The notes: generated by a model not told the origin, from the sequence alone. A DNA stretch of 64,000 nucleotides from Dudresnaya verticillata (GCA_977862235.1 OZ374563.1:992001-1056000); one strand, 5' to 3'. Shown: positions 43,073-56,152, numbered from the stretch's first letter. A program made the numbers and translations.

Positions 43073-44959
43073 CTACCACAAGAAGCTAGGATCGACAAAA
43101 TTCTTACTCAGCAGATCAGACTCTAAGATGTCTTCCACGTTCAATGCGGAAAGTACATGGGCCTGATCAACAATCCCCGTTGGCGTCCGAGATTCATTGC
43201 CGTTGCTGGCAACTTGGGATGCAACCTGTGGATTGCGACCACTCTGGCGACGGGCCGCTGCAATGCTCTGGGATGAACTCCCATCTTGGGAACGAGGAAT
43301 AGAAGTCCCGGCGGTTGCAGAGCTTGAAAGGCCTTCAACACCCGTGTCCATGTGCGAAGAGTTCGGGGTTGTAGCTTTTGTAGAGCTTGGTGTCCCCATT
43401 TGGTCTGTATTGCTCTTCGACGCAGCCTGGCGGGAACGAGAGGCGCTAGCAGACCGCGACTTGGCTGGTGCCTTCCGAGCTTTTGCTGGTTTCGCCCTGT
43501 TTTGGGGCTTTTTGTCAACCGGGACAGCGGAGGAGCCAGAAGCTGTAGCTTTTTGAGCTTTTGGTTGCCTCTTTCGATTTGAAGTCGGCTTTCTCGGCTC
43601 CCTCCCAGGCTTCTTGGATGCTTCTTTGCTCACCCGACCCTTGGACGGCTTCAGCTCAACATTTCGCAGTCCCTCACTTTCCTTCTCTGCGTTAGTTGAA
43701 GCCTCGCGATAGACCTTTTTCGCTTCCGTACCCATTGGTTTGCGGTTACGATCCGGGTCCTTGCGACACGCCTGGCAGTCCCAGGTCCCGAGCCTCCTCG
43801 CAAGACGTAGCAAGCCAACGTCTCTCACCTTTCCTGCACACTTAAAGCACAATCCCATATCACAAGTCCCAGAATATGTATTGATACATTTGAACATGTC
43901 CGAGACATTTGAATCAATTAGGCAATACTGGCAGAACGTGGCTCCAATTCGCTTGCCGGGAACAGGCTTAGACCTAGAATTAAGCATTGGATTCGCTCCA
44001 TCTGCAACGTTCGAGGGCACGACTTTCGAAGGCTGAGGTACTGAAGCGGGTTTGGTCCCATTTTCAGGTGTTGAAGCGCCCGTGGTTCCATTCTGAGATA
44101 CTGAAGCGACTCTGGTCCCGTTCTGAGGTCCCGAAGCTGCTGTCGTCGCATTACGAGGTGCTGAAGCGGCTCTGGTCGCATTACGAGGTGCTGAAGCGGC
44201 TCTGGTCGCATTACGAGGTGCTGAAGCGGCCTTGTTCACATTCTGCCTTCTATGCACCGCTTTTGCTATCTTCTTTTGGACTGGCAAAGAGCCCACGGCC
44301 GAAGGCGGGGGACTTGGTGGGATTTGTTGTCCATGAACGGGTGCAGTAGGATTGGAGATAGCTGTAGCCTGCGGAGCATGCTGAGCGATCAGCTGTGCCA
44401 CAAGGGGAGCGCAAGCAGGGTCTCGGAGTGCAGGGTTGAGCGTGAGCAGCTGCATGATGGGGCTTGAAGCGATCAGCTGTATTTGTGCAACATTGGCCAG
44501 CATGTTTGTCATTGATTGTTGCTGTTGCCCATACTCATTAAACAACGGTGGTTGCCCATACTCATTGAGTGACGGTTGGTGCCCATATCCATTCGTAAAA
44601 GATTGTTGGGCATAGCCGTTAACTTGCGGCTGTCCACTGACTAGCGGTTGCTGTGCTAGCGTATTTTGCGATAGTTGCTGCGGATGCACTGGGTTTGTGG
44701 GATGATGCTGAAGATAAGCTAATCCAGGCGGCAGCTGCTGCTGAAGGTGGGGTTGGTGGTGACAACTTGGTTGAGTTGGAAGCCTAGCGCGACCAGCTAG
44801 GCGCGGGTCTCTCGTCAGAGGCGTCGCCACATTGGCAACCGAAGGCTGGCTTTGGGAAGAGATTGGGGCGGGCGCAGCACTTCCGAGAGGTTGAGATGTG
44901 GAGGGGCCTCGAACAGAATTGGTCCTCGATGCTGAGGCTGGATGCGGCAGACGGCTCAT
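43073..44959 (-). CDS. Array copy 8, 628 aa
   Basis: Same translation as copy 3. Confidence 0.75.
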   Translation of the reverse strand: MSRLPHPASASRTNSVRGPSTSQPLGSAAPAPISSQSQPSVANVATPLTRDPRLAGRARLPTQPSCHHQPHLQQQLPPGLAYLQHHPTNPVHPQQLSQNTLAQQPLVSGQPQVNGYAQQSFTNGYGHQPSLNEYGQPPLFNEYGQQQQSMTNMLANVAQIQLIASSPIMQLLTLNPALRDPACAPLVAQLIAQHAPQATAISNPTAPVHGQQIPPSPPPSAVGSLPVQKKIAKAVHRRQNVNKAASAPRNATRAASAPRNATRAASAPRNATTAASGPQNGTRVASVSQNGTTGASTPENGTKPASVPQPSKVVPSNVADGANPMLNSRSKPVPGKRIGATFCQYCLIDSNVSDMFKCINTYSGTCDMGLCFKCAGKVRDVGLLRLARRLGTWDCQACRKDPDRNRKPMGTEAKKVYREASTNAEKESEGLRNVELKPSKGRVSKEASKKPGREPRKPTSNRKRQPKAQKATASGSSAVPVDKKPQNRAKPAKARKAPAKSRSASASRSRQAASKSNTDQMGTPSSTKATTPNSSHMDTGVEGLSSSATAGTSIPRSQDGSSSQSIAAARRQSGRNPQVASQVASNGNESRTPTGIVDQAHVLSALNVEDILESDLLSKNFVDPSFLW

Positions 44960-46823
44960 GATGGTGGATATCTTTTCGATAGGTTCGACAAGATCAATTA
45001 CGCCGAAGCAATCACGTAGATGCACCTATTGAGGTTTGTTGCAAACTCTTCACCCTCGGTCAAGGGCTGGGCGTTTTGATAAGGCGAGGTGGTAGGGTTC
45101 TAGAGCACTCGAGAAGAGGTTTTGAATAGCTCCACACAGTGCCTTCTTTGAGTTCGAGCTTGGGAAGGGCGAGGAGAGGTTGAGGACTGTTCAGACTGTA
45201 TGCTGAATTTTACTCAACACGGTGGGTGTGAGTGAGGTCGTTGTTGTAAGTCTATTGAAAGTTTGCTTTGATGGATTCAATTTGAAGTATACAGACGAAA
45301 GAAGAGTTGCAATTTGACGCGCAGTGCATGTGGATTGTCCTTGTTTTAGTGGGATGTTTTCATGATCTCGATTCATCTGACAATAACGCAATAATGCTTT
45401 CTGTTGTAACGTGGTATACGCGGAAGACCACGATTGTCTTGAGTTGGGAAGCACGGTTTCTTTTATGAAGGATAATGCGGCGGGTGAAGCGGCGGAACGG
45501 GAAGCCATCCCGTTCTCATAACGCACCCGCCGCTTTATCCTTCCCTACGCACTCTCCCCTGTTAGTCGGCCACCCACTCCCTTCCGTCAGCCACAACCTC
45601 CATAAGCCTCGACCAGGACATCGTTCTCTACAGCTCGTTGTAGGCACCTGAGCTGAGTCAGGAGGGAGTCACACTAGAATGTAGCAATTGGCATACCTGC
45701 GCTCCGCGGCGAGCTGTTGGCCAAAGTTTGGTACCTGCGCTGATCTACTGTACCACTCTAAATGCCGCCTCCGCCCGCCGACCGTTCCAGCGCTAATGCG
45801 CCACACAACACGCCTGCCACAACTGCTCAACCGCCGCAACGCCCAAACGCTTTGAACTTCAGGAGTCATCTCATCGCTGTTGACTCTGACTCAGCGAGGA
45901 AGGATTTTGACTCAGCACTTCGCAACATTCTACGTGGACGGCAGCGAGGGATATAGTTATCAAATCCTGCTGTCCAGAACTAATCCAAGACCTTGTCTTC
46001 TAAAAACGGTTCGCTAAGGTGCCATACGCGTTGGACGAGATCCAGAGCAATGAGTATGCAGGGAAGATGGCTGGCTGAATGTATGCCATTGCGCTGGAAT
46101 CGCTGCTGTTTTCAATGACGATGTGGACAAGACCGCTGTTGGTTTAGTTGTTCGTAGTTGGTAACGCTGCTGCTGGTGAAGCCAAGGTGCATAAGCAAGG
46201 TGCAGAGAACTCTTCATTAACTATTGCTACCGCTATTGTCAGAGATGACACTACGGATGTACACGGCGATACTGACGATTTTCCGGAGTAGGCGCCAAGG
46301 GTGGTCGAGATAGCTGTGGATGGCGCGGGTGCAGTGAAAACTCTCATGAAGGATTGCGCAGCGGGGAGTGCTGATATCAGGTTATTAAGCTTGGCCCAGA
46401 AAAAGTAATGTTTTTTATTAAATCTATTCACAAGTCAGTGCCGCAAGTTATCTCTTTTTGCGACAAGCATGTTGTCACCCTTTCCGTCGGGGCTGATTTG
46501 AGCCCTTGGCTTGTTATTGGCCCGAGGTGTAGCCGAGGGCCAATAACAACCCTCGGGCTCTACTGTAGAGAACTCGGGCTCTACTGTACTGTAGAGAACA
46601 CAACGAAAAAGGTGCCCGTGACGGGTAAGCCACGAGACACTTGCAGCTGCGTTTGCAAGCTCCGCTTGCTACACTTAGCGAGACAATATCAAGTCAGCGT
46701 TAGTTCTTTTACCGCTTGTAGCTACAGAGCCTACCCATTAGGGGAGGAGGCCGCGCCAATGTGCCCCAGCTGGCTGGAAAATACCATTGTTTCACTCGAG
46801 GAAACTTCTTCCTACCTGTAACA

Positions 46824-48710
46824 CTACCACAAGAAGCTAGGATCGACAAAATTCTTACTCAGCAGATCAGACTCTAAGATGTCTTCCACGTTCAATGCGG
46901 AAAGTACATGGGCCTGATCAACAATCCCCGTTGGCGTCCGAGATTCATTGCCGTTGCTGGCAACTTGGGATGCAACCTGTGGATTGCGACCACTCTGGCG
47001 ACGGGCCGCTGCAATGCTCTGGGATGAACTCCCATCTTGGGAACGAGGAATAGAAGTCCCGGCAGTTGCAGAGCTTGAAAGGCCTTCAACACCCGTGTCC
47101 ATGTGCGAAGAGTTCGGGGTTGTAGCTTTTGTAGAGCTTGGTGTCCCCATTTGGTCTGTATTGCTCTTCGACGCAGCCTGGCGGGAACGAGAGGCGCTAG
47201 CAGACCGCGACTTGGCTGGTGCCTTCCGAGCTTTTGCTGGTTTCGCCCTGTTTTGGGGCTTTTTGTCAACCGGGACAGCGGAGGAGCCAGAAGCTGTAGC
47301 TTTTTGAGCTTTTGGTTGCCTCTTTCGATTTGAAGTCGGCTTTCTCGGCTCCCTCCCAGGCTTCTTGGATGCTTCTTTGCTCACCCGACCCTTGGACGGC
47401 TTCAGCTCAACATTTCGCAGTCCCTCACTTTCCTTCTCTGCGTTAGTTGAAGCCTCGCGATAGACCTTTTTCGCTTCCGTACCCATTGGTTTGCGGTTAC
47501 GATCCGGGTCCTTGCGACACGCCTGGCAGTCCCAGGTCCCGAGCCTCCTCGCAAGACGTAGCAAGCCAACGTCTCTCACCTTTCCTGCACACTTAAAGCA
47601 CAATCCCATATCACAAGTCCCAGAATATGTATTGATACATTTGAACATGTCCGAGACATTTGAATCAATTAGGCAATACTGGCAGAACGTGGCTCCAATT
47701 CGCTTGCCGGGAACAGGCTTAGACCTAGAATTAAGCATTGGATTCGCTCCATCTGCAACGTTCGAGGGCACGACTTTCGAAGGCTGAGGTACTGAAGCGG
47801 GTTTGGTCCCATTTTCAGGTGTTGAAGCGCCCGTGGTTCCATTCTGAGATACTGAAGCGACTCTGGTCCCGTTCTGAGGTCCCGAAGCTGCTGTCGTCGC
47901 ATTACGAGGTGCTGAAGCGGCTCTGGTCGCATTACGAGGTGCTGAAGCGGCTCTGGTCGCATTACGAGGTGCTGAAGCGGCCTTGTTCACATTCTGCCTT
48001 CTATGCACCGCTTTTGCTATCTTCTTTTGGACTGGCAAAGAGCCCACGGCCGAAGGCGGGGGACTTGGTGGGATTTGTTGTCCATGAACGGGTGCAGTAG
48101 GATTGGAGATAGCTGTAGCCTGCGGAGCATGCTGAGCGATCAGCTGTGCCACAAGGGGAGCGCAAGCAGGGTCTCGGAGTGCAGGGTTGAGCGTGAGCAG
48201 CTGCATGATGGGGCTTGAAGCGATCAGCTGTATTTGTGCAACATTGGCCAGCATGTTTGTCATTGATTGTTGCTGTTGCCCATACTCATTAAACAACGGT
48301 GGTTGCCCATACTCATTGAGTGACGGTTGGTGCCCATATCCATTCGTAAAAGATTGTTGGGCATAGCCGTTAACTTGCGGCTGTCCACTGACTAGCGGTT
48401 GCTGTGCTAGCGTATTTTGCGATAGTTGCTGCGGATGCACTGGGTTTGTGGGATGATGCTGAAGATAAGCTAATCCAGGCGGCAGCTGCTGCTGAAGGTG
48501 GGGTTGGTGGTGACAACTTGGTTGAGTTGGAAGCCTAGCGCGACCAGCTAGGCGCGGGTCTCTCGTCAGAGGCGTCGCCACATTGGCAACCGAAGGCTGG
48601 CTTTGGGAAGAGATTGGGGCGGGCGCAGCACTTCCGAGAGGTTGAGATGTGGAGGGGCCTCGAACAGAATTGGTCCTCGATGCTGAGGCTGGATGCGGCA
48701 GACGGCTCAT
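46824..48710 (-). CDS. Array copy 9, 628 aa
   Basis: Same translation as copy 3. Confidence 0.75.
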   Translation of the reverse strand: MSRLPHPASASRTNSVRGPSTSQPLGSAAPAPISSQSQPSVANVATPLTRDPRLAGRARLPTQPSCHHQPHLQQQLPPGLAYLQHHPTNPVHPQQLSQNTLAQQPLVSGQPQVNGYAQQSFTNGYGHQPSLNEYGQPPLFNEYGQQQQSMTNMLANVAQIQLIASSPIMQLLTLNPALRDPACAPLVAQLIAQHAPQATAISNPTAPVHGQQIPPSPPPSAVGSLPVQKKIAKAVHRRQNVNKAASAPRNATRAASAPRNATRAASAPRNATTAASGPQNGTRVASVSQNGTTGASTPENGTKPASVPQPSKVVPSNVADGANPMLNSRSKPVPGKRIGATFCQYCLIDSNVSDMFKCINTYSGTCDMGLCFKCAGKVRDVGLLRLARRLGTWDCQACRKDPDRNRKPMGTEAKKVYREASTNAEKESEGLRNVELKPSKGRVSKEASKKPGREPRKPTSNRKRQPKAQKATASGSSAVPVDKKPQNRAKPAKARKAPAKSRSASASRSRQAASKSNTDQMGTPSSTKATTPNSSHMDTGVEGLSSSATAGTSIPRSQDGSSSQSIAAARRQSGRNPQVASQVASNGNESRTPTGIVDQAHVLSALNVEDILESDLLSKNFVDPSFLW

Positions 48711-50574
48711 GATGGTGGATATCTTTTCGATAGGTTCGACAAGATCAATTACGCCGAAGCAATCACGTAGATGCACCTATTGAGGTTTGTTGCAAACTCT
48801 TCACCCTCGGTCAAGGGCTGGGCGTTTTGATAAGGCGAGGTGGTAGGGTTCTAGAGCACTCGAGAAGAGGTTTTGAATAGCTCCACACAGTGCCTTCTTT
48901 GAGTTCGAGCTTGGGAAGGGCGAGGAGAGGTTGAGGACTGTTCAGACTGTATGCTGAATTTTACTCAACACGGTGGGTGTGAGTGAGGTCGTTGTTGTAA
49001 GTCTATTGAAAGTTTGCTTTGATGGATTCAATTTGAAGTATACAGACGAAAGAAGAGTTGCAATTTGACGCGCAGTGCATGTGGATTGTCCTTGTTTTAG
49101 TGGGATGTTTTCATGATCTCGATTCATCTGACAATAACGCAATAATGCTTTCTGTTGTAACGTGGTATACGCGGAAGACCACGATTGTCTTGAGTTGGGA
49201 AGCACGGTTTCTTTTATGAAGGATAATGCGGCGGGTGAAGCGGCGGAACGGGAAGCCATCCCGTTCTCATAACGCACCCGCCGCTTTATCCTTCCCTACG
49301 CACTCTCCCCTGTTAGTCGGCCACCCACTCCCTTCCGTCAGCCACAACCTCCATAAGCCTCGACCAGGACATCGTTCTCTACAGCTCGTTGTAGGCACCT
49401 GAGCTGAGTCAGGAGGGAGTCACACTAGAATGTAGCAATTGGCATACCTGCGCTCCGCGGCGAGCTGTTGGCCAAAGTTTGGTACCTGCGCTGATCTACT
49501 GTACCACTCTAAATGCCGCCTCCGCCCGCCGACCGTTCCAGCGCTAATGCGCCACACAACACGCCTGCCACAACTGCTCAACCGCCGCAACGCCCAAACG
49601 CTTTGAACTTCAGGAGTCATCTCATCGCTGTTGACTCTGACTCAGCGAGGAAGGATTTTGACTCAGCACTTCGCAACATTCTACGTGGACGGCAGCGAGG
49701 GATATAGTTATCAAATCCTGCTGTCCAGAACTAATCCAAGACCTTGTCTTCTAAAAACGGTTCGCTAAGGTGCCATACGCGTTGGACGAGATCCAGAGCA
49801 ATGAGTATGCAGGGAAGATGGCTGGCTGAATGTATGCCATTGCGCTGGAATCGCTGCTGTTTTCAATGACGATGTGGACAAGACCGCTGTTGGTTTAGTT
49901 GTTCGTAGTTGGTAACGCTGCTGCTGGTGAAGCCAAGGTGCATAAGCAAGGTGCAGAGAACTCTTCATTAACTATTGCTACCGCTATTGTCAGAGATGAC
50001 ACTACGGATGTACACGGCGATACTGACGATTTTCCGGAGTAGGCGCCAAGGGTGGTCGAGATAGCTGTGGATGGCGCGGGTGCAGTGAAAACTCTCATGA
50101 AGGATTGCGCAGCGGGGAGTGCTGATATCAGGTTATTAAGCTTGGCCCAGAAAAAGTAATGTTTTTTATTAAATCTATTCACAAGTCAGTGCCGCAAGTT
50201 ATCTCTTTTTGCGACAAGCATGTTGTCACCCTTTCCGTCGGGGCTGATTTGAGCCCTTGGCTTGTTATTGGCCCGAGGTGTAGCCGAGGGCCAATAACAA
50301 CCCTCGGGCTCTACTGTAGAGAACTCGGGCTCTACTGTACTGTAGAGAACACAACGAAAAAGGTGCCCGTGACGGGTAAGCCACGAGACACTTGCAGCTG
50401 CGTTTGCAAGCTCCGCTTGCTACACTTAGCAAGACAATATCAAGTCAGCGTTAGTTCTTTTACCGCTTGTAGCTACAGAGCCTACCCATTAGGGGAGGAG
50501 GCCGCGCCAATGTGCCCCAGCTGGCTGGAAAATACCATTGTTTCACTCGAGGAAACTTCTTCCTACCTGTAACA

Positions 50575-52461
50575 CTACCACAAGAAGCTAGGATCGACAA
50601 AATTCTTACTCAGCAGATCAGACTCTAAGATGTCTTCCACGTTCAATGCGGAAAGTACATGGGCCTGATCAACAATCCCCGTTGGCGTCCGAGATTCATT
50701 GCCGTTGCTGGCAACTTGGGATGCAACCTGTGGATTGCGACCACTCTGGCGACGGGCCGCTGCAATGCTCTGGGATGAACTCCCATCTTGGGAACGAGGA
50801 ATAGAAGTCCCGGCAGTTGCAGAGCTTGAAAGGCCTTCAACACCCGTGTCCATGTGCGAAGAGTTCGGGGTTGTAGCTTTTGTAGAGCTTGGTGTCCCCA
50901 TTTGGTCTGTATTGCTCTTCGACGCAGCCTGGCGGGAACGAGAGGCGCTAGCAGACCGCGACTTGGCTGGTGCCTTCCGAGCTTTTGCTGGTTTCGCCCT
51001 GTTTTGGGGCTTTTTGTCAACCGGGACAGCGGAGGAGCCAGAAGCTGTAGCTTTTTGAGCTTTTGGTTGCCTCTTTCGATTTGAAGTCGGCTTTCTCGGC
51101 TCCCTCCCAGGCTTCTTGGATGCTTCTTTGCTCACCCGACCCTTGGACGGCTTCAGCTCAACATTTCGCAGTCCCTCACTTTCCTTCTCTGCGTTAGTTG
51201 AAGCCTCGCGATAGACCTTTTTCGCTTCCGTACCCATTGGTTTGCGGTTACGATCCGGGTCCTTGCGACACGCCTGGCAGTCCCAGGTCCCGAGCCTCCT
51301 CGCAAGACGTAGCAAGCCAACGTCTCTCACCTTTCCTGCACACTTAAAGCACAATCCCATATCACAAGTCCCAGAATATGTATTGATACATTTGAACATG
51401 TCCGAGACATTTGAATCAATTAGGCAATACTGGCAGAACGTGGCTCCAATTCGCTTGCCGGGAACAGGCTTAGACCTAGAATTAAGCATTGGATTCGCTC
51501 CATCTGCAACGTTCGAGGGCACGACTTTCGAAGGCTGAGGTACTGAAGCGGGTTTGGTCCCATTTTCAGGTGTTGAAGCGCCCGTGGTTCCATTCTGAGA
51601 TACTGAAGCGACTCTGGTCCCGTTCTGAGGTCCCGAAGCTGCTGTCGTCGCATTACGAGGTGCTGAAGCGGCTCTGGTCGCATTACGAGGTGCTGAAGCG
51701 GCTCTGGTCGCATTACGAGGTGCTGAAGCGGCCTTGTTCACATTCTGCCTTCTATGCACCGCTTTTGCTATCTTCTTTTGGACTGGCAAAGAGCCCACGG
51801 CCGAAGGCGGGGGACTTGGTGGGATTTGTTGTCCATGAACGGGTGCAGTAGGATTGGAGATAGCTGTAGCCTGCGGAGCATGCTGAGCGATCAGCTGTGC
51901 CACAAGGGGAGCGCAAGCAGGGTCTCGGAGTGCAGGGTTGAGCGTGAGCAGCTGCATGATGGGGCTTGAAGCGATCAGCTGTATTTGTGCAACATTGGCC
52001 AGCATGTTTGTCATTGATTGTTGCTGTTGCCCATACTCATTAAACAACGGTGGTTGCCCATACTCATTGAGTGACGGTTGGTGCCCATATCCATTCGTAA
52101 AAGATTGTTGGGCATAGCCGTTAACTTGCGGCTGTCCACTGACTAGCGGTTGCTGTGCTAGCGTATTTTGCGATAGTTGCTGCGGATGCACTGGGTTTGT
52201 GGGATGATGCTGAAGATAAGCTAATCCAGGCGGCAGCTGCTGCTGAAGGTGGGGTTGGTGGTGACAACTTGGTTGAGTTGGAAGCCTAGCGCGACCAGCT
52301 AGGCGCGGGTCTCTCGTCAGAGGCGTCGCCACATTGGCAACCGAAGGCTGGCTTTGGGAAGAGATTGGGGCGGGCGCAGCACTTCCGAGAGGTTGAGATG
52401 TGGAGGGGCCTCGAACAGAATTGGTCCTCGATGCTGAGGCTGGATGCGGCAGACGGCTCAT
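50575..52461 (-). CDS. Array copy 10, 628 aa
   Basis: Same translation as copy 3. Confidence 0.75.
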   Translation of the reverse strand: MSRLPHPASASRTNSVRGPSTSQPLGSAAPAPISSQSQPSVANVATPLTRDPRLAGRARLPTQPSCHHQPHLQQQLPPGLAYLQHHPTNPVHPQQLSQNTLAQQPLVSGQPQVNGYAQQSFTNGYGHQPSLNEYGQPPLFNEYGQQQQSMTNMLANVAQIQLIASSPIMQLLTLNPALRDPACAPLVAQLIAQHAPQATAISNPTAPVHGQQIPPSPPPSAVGSLPVQKKIAKAVHRRQNVNKAASAPRNATRAASAPRNATRAASAPRNATTAASGPQNGTRVASVSQNGTTGASTPENGTKPASVPQPSKVVPSNVADGANPMLNSRSKPVPGKRIGATFCQYCLIDSNVSDMFKCINTYSGTCDMGLCFKCAGKVRDVGLLRLARRLGTWDCQACRKDPDRNRKPMGTEAKKVYREASTNAEKESEGLRNVELKPSKGRVSKEASKKPGREPRKPTSNRKRQPKAQKATASGSSAVPVDKKPQNRAKPAKARKAPAKSRSASASRSRQAASKSNTDQMGTPSSTKATTPNSSHMDTGVEGLSSSATAGTSIPRSQDGSSSQSIAAARRQSGRNPQVASQVASNGNESRTPTGIVDQAHVLSALNVEDILESDLLSKNFVDPSFLW

Positions 52462-54325
52462 GATGGTGGATATCTTTTCGATAGGTTCGACAAGATCAAT
52501 TACGCCGAAGCAATCACGTAGATGCACCTATTGAGGTTTGTTGCAAACTCTTCACCCTCGGTCAAGGGCTGGGCGTTTTGATAAGGCGAGGTGGTAGGGT
52601 TCTAGAGCACTCGAGAAGAGGTTTTGAATAGCTCCACACAGTGCCTTCTTTGAGTTCGAGCTTGGGAAGGGCGAGGAGAGGTTGAGGACTGTTCAGACTG
52701 TATGCTGAATTTTACTCAACACGGTGGGTGTGAGTGAGGTCGTTGTTGTAAGTCTATTGAAAGTTTGCTTTGATGGATTCAATTTGAAGTATACAGACGA
52801 AAGAAGAGTTGCAATTTGACGCGCAGTGCATGTGGATTGTCCTTGTTTTAGTGGGATGTTTTCATGATCTCGATTCATCTGACAATAACGCAATAATGCT
52901 TTCTGTTGTAACGTGGTATACGCGGAAGACCACGATTGTCTTGAGTTGGGAAGCACGGTTTCTTTTATGAAGGATAATGCGGCGGGTGAAGCGGCGGAAC
53001 GGGAAGCCATCCCGTTCTCATAACGCACCCGCCGCTTTATCCTTCCCTACGCACTCTCCCCTGTTAGTCGGCCACCCACTCCCTTCCGTCAGCCACAACC
53101 TCCATAAGCCTCGACCAGGACATCGTTCTCTACAGCTCGTTGTAGGCACCTGAGCTGAGTCAGGAGGGAGTCACACTAGAATGTAGCAATTGGCATACCT
53201 GCGCTCCGCGGCGAGCTGTTGGCCAAAGTTTGGTACCTGCGCTGATCTACTGTACCACTCTAAATGCCGCCTCCGCCCGCCGACCGTTCCAGCGCTAATG
53301 CGCCACACAACACGCCTGCCACAACTGCTCAACCGCCGCAACGCCCAAACGCTTTGAACTTCAGGAGTCATCTCATCGCTGTTGACTCTGACTCAGCGAG
53401 GAAGGATTTTGACTCAGCACTTCGCAACATTCTACGTGGACGGCAGCGAGGGATATAGTTATCAAATCCTGCTGTCCAGAACTAATCCAAGACCTTGTCT
53501 TCTAAAAACGGTTCGCTAAGGTGCCATACGCGTTGGACGAGATCCAGAGCAATGAGTATGCAGGGAAGATGGCTGGCTGAATGTATGCCATTGCGCTGGA
53601 ATCGCTGCTGTTTTCAATGACGATGTGGACAAGACCGCTGTTGGTTTAGTTGTTCGTAGTTGGTAACGCTGCTGCTGGTGAAGCCAAGGTGCATAAGCAA
53701 GGTGCAGAGAACTCTTCATTAACTATTGCTACCGCTATTGTCAGAGATGACACTACGGATGTACACGGCGATACTGACGATTTTCCGGAGTAGGCGCCAA
53801 GGGTGGTCGAGATAGCTGTGGATGGCGCGGGTGCAGTGAAAACTCTCATGAAGGATTGCGCAGCGGGGAGTGCTGATATCAGGTTATTAAGCTTGGCCCA
53901 GAAAAAGTAATGTTTTTTATTAAATCTATTCACAAGTCAGTGCCGCAAGTTATCTCTTTTTGCGACAAGCATGTTGTCACCCTTTCCGTCGGGGCTGATT
54001 TGAGCCCTTGGCTTGTTATTGGCCCGAGGTGTAGCCGAGGGCCAATAACAACCCTCGGGCTCTACTGTAGAGAACTCGGGCTCTACTGTACTGTAGAGAA
54101 CACAACGAAAAAGGTGCCCGTGACGGGTAAGCCACGAGACACTTGCAGCTGCGTTTGCAAGCTCCGCTTGCTACACTTAGCAAGACAATATCAAGTCAGC
54201 GTTAGTTCTTTTACCGCTTGTAGCTACAGAGCCTACCCATTAGGGGAGGAGGCCGCGCCAATGTGCCCCAGCTGGCTGGAAAATACCATTGTTTCACTCG
54301 AGGAAACTTCTTCCTACCTGTAACA

Positions 54326-56152
54326 CTACCACAAGAAGCTAGGATCGACAAAATTCTTACTCAGCAGATCAGACTCTAAGATGTCTTCCACGTTCAATGC
54401 GGAAAGTACATGGGCCTGATCAACAATCCCCGTTGGCGTCCGAGATTCATTGCCGTTGCTGGCAACTTGGGATGCAACCTGTGGATTGCGACCACTCTGG
54501 CGACGGGCCGCTGCAATGCTCTGGGATGAACTCCCATCTTGGGAACGAGGAATAGAAGTCCCGGCAGTTGCAGAGCTTGAAAGGCCTTCAACACCCGTGT
54601 CCATGTGCGAAGAGTTCGGGGTTGTAGCTTTTGTAGAGCTTGGTGTCCCCATTTGGTCTGTATTGCTCTTCGACGCAGCCTGGCGGGAACGAGAGGCGCT
54701 AGCAGACCGCGACTTGGCTGGTGCCTTCCGAGCTTTTGCTGGTTTCGCCCTGTTTTGGGGCTTTTTGTCAACCGGGACAGCGGAGGAGCCAGAAGCTGTA
54801 GCTTTTTGAGCTTTTGGTTGCCTCTTTCGATTTGAAGTCGGCTTTCTCGGCTCCCTCCCAGGCTTCTTGGATGCTTCTTTGCTCACCCGACCCTTGGACG
54901 GCTTCAGCTCAACATTTCGCAGTCCCTCACTTTCCTTCTCTGCGTTAGTTGAAGCCTCGCGATAGACCTTTTTCGCTTCCGTACCCATTGGTTTGCGGTT
55001 ACGATCCGGGTCCTTGCGACACGCCTGGCAGTCCCAGGTCCCGAGCCTCCTCGCAAGACGTAGCAAGCCAACGTCTCTCACCTTTCCTGCACACTTAAAG
55101 CACAATCCCATATCACAAGTCCCAGAATATGTATTGATACATTTGAACATGTCCGAGACATTTGAATCAATTAGGCAATACTGGCAGAACGTGGCTCCAA
55201 TTCGCTTGCCGGGAACAGGCTTAGACCTAGAATTAAGCATTGGATTCGCTCCATCTGCAACGTTCGAGGGCACGACTTTCGAAGGCTGAGGTACTGAAGC
55301 GGGTTTGGTCCCATTTTCAGGTGTTGAAGCGCCCGTGGTTCCATTCTGAGATACTGAAGCGACTCTGGTCCCGTTCTGAGGTCCCGAAGCTGCTGTCGTC
55401 GCATTACGAGGTGCTGAAGCGGCCTTGTTCACATTCTGCCTTCTATGCACCGCTTTTGCTATCTTCTTTTGGACTGGCAAAGAGCCCACGGCCGAAGGCG
55501 GGGGACTTGGTGGGATTTGTTGTCCATGAACGGGTGCAGTAGGATTGGAGATAGCTGTAGCCTGCGGAGCATGCTGAGCGATCAGCTGTGCCACAAGGGG
55601 AGCGCAAGCAGGGTCTCGGAGTGCAGGGTTGAGCGTGAGCAGCTGCATGATGGGGCTTGAAGCGATCAGCTGTATTTGTGCAACATTGGCCAGCATGTTT
55701 GTCATTGATTGTTGCTGTTGCCCATACTCATTAAACAACGGTGGTTGCCCATACTCATTGAGTGACGGTTGGTGCCCATATCCATTCGTAAAAGATTGTT
55801 GGGCATAGCCGTTAACTTGCGGCTGTCCACTGACTAGCGGTTGCTGTGCTAGCGTATTTTGCGATAGTTGCTGCGGATGCACTGGGTTTGTGGGATGATG
55901 CTGAAGATAAGCTAATCCAGGCGGCAGCTGCTGCTGAAGGTGGGGTTGGTGGTGACAACTTGGTTGAGTTGGAAGCCTAGCGCGACCAGCTAGGCGCGGG
56001 TCTCTCGTCAGAGGCGTCGCCACATTGGCAACCGAAGGCTGGCTTTGGGAAGAGATTGGGGCGGGCGCAGCACTTCCGAGAGGTTGAGATGTGGAGGGGC
56101 CTCGAACAGAATTGGTCCTCGATGCTGAGGCTGGATGCGGCAGACGGCTCAT
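54326..56152 (-). CDS. Array copy 11, 608 aa (in-frame loss of two 30-bp repeat units)
   Basis: Only one AASAPRNAT unit; the array period here is 3691. Confidence 0.75.
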   Translation of the reverse strand: MSRLPHPASASRTNSVRGPSTSQPLGSAAPAPISSQSQPSVANVATPLTRDPRLAGRARLPTQPSCHHQPHLQQQLPPGLAYLQHHPTNPVHPQQLSQNTLAQQPLVSGQPQVNGYAQQSFTNGYGHQPSLNEYGQPPLFNEYGQQQQSMTNMLANVAQIQLIASSPIMQLLTLNPALRDPACAPLVAQLIAQHAPQATAISNPTAPVHGQQIPPSPPPSAVGSLPVQKKIAKAVHRRQNVNKAASAPRNATTAASGPQNGTRVASVSQNGTTGASTPENGTKPASVPQPSKVVPSNVADGANPMLNSRSKPVPGKRIGATFCQYCLIDSNVSDMFKCINTYSGTCDMGLCFKCAGKVRDVGLLRLARRLGTWDCQACRKDPDRNRKPMGTEAKKVYREASTNAEKESEGLRNVELKPSKGRVSKEASKKPGREPRKPTSNRKRQPKAQKATASGSSAVPVDKKPQNRAKPAKARKAPAKSRSASASRSRQAASKSNTDQMGTPSSTKATTPNSSHMDTGVEGLSSSATAGTSIPRSQDGSSSQSIAAARRQSGRNPQVASQVASNGNESRTPTGIVDQAHVLSALNVEDILESDLLSKNFVDPSFLW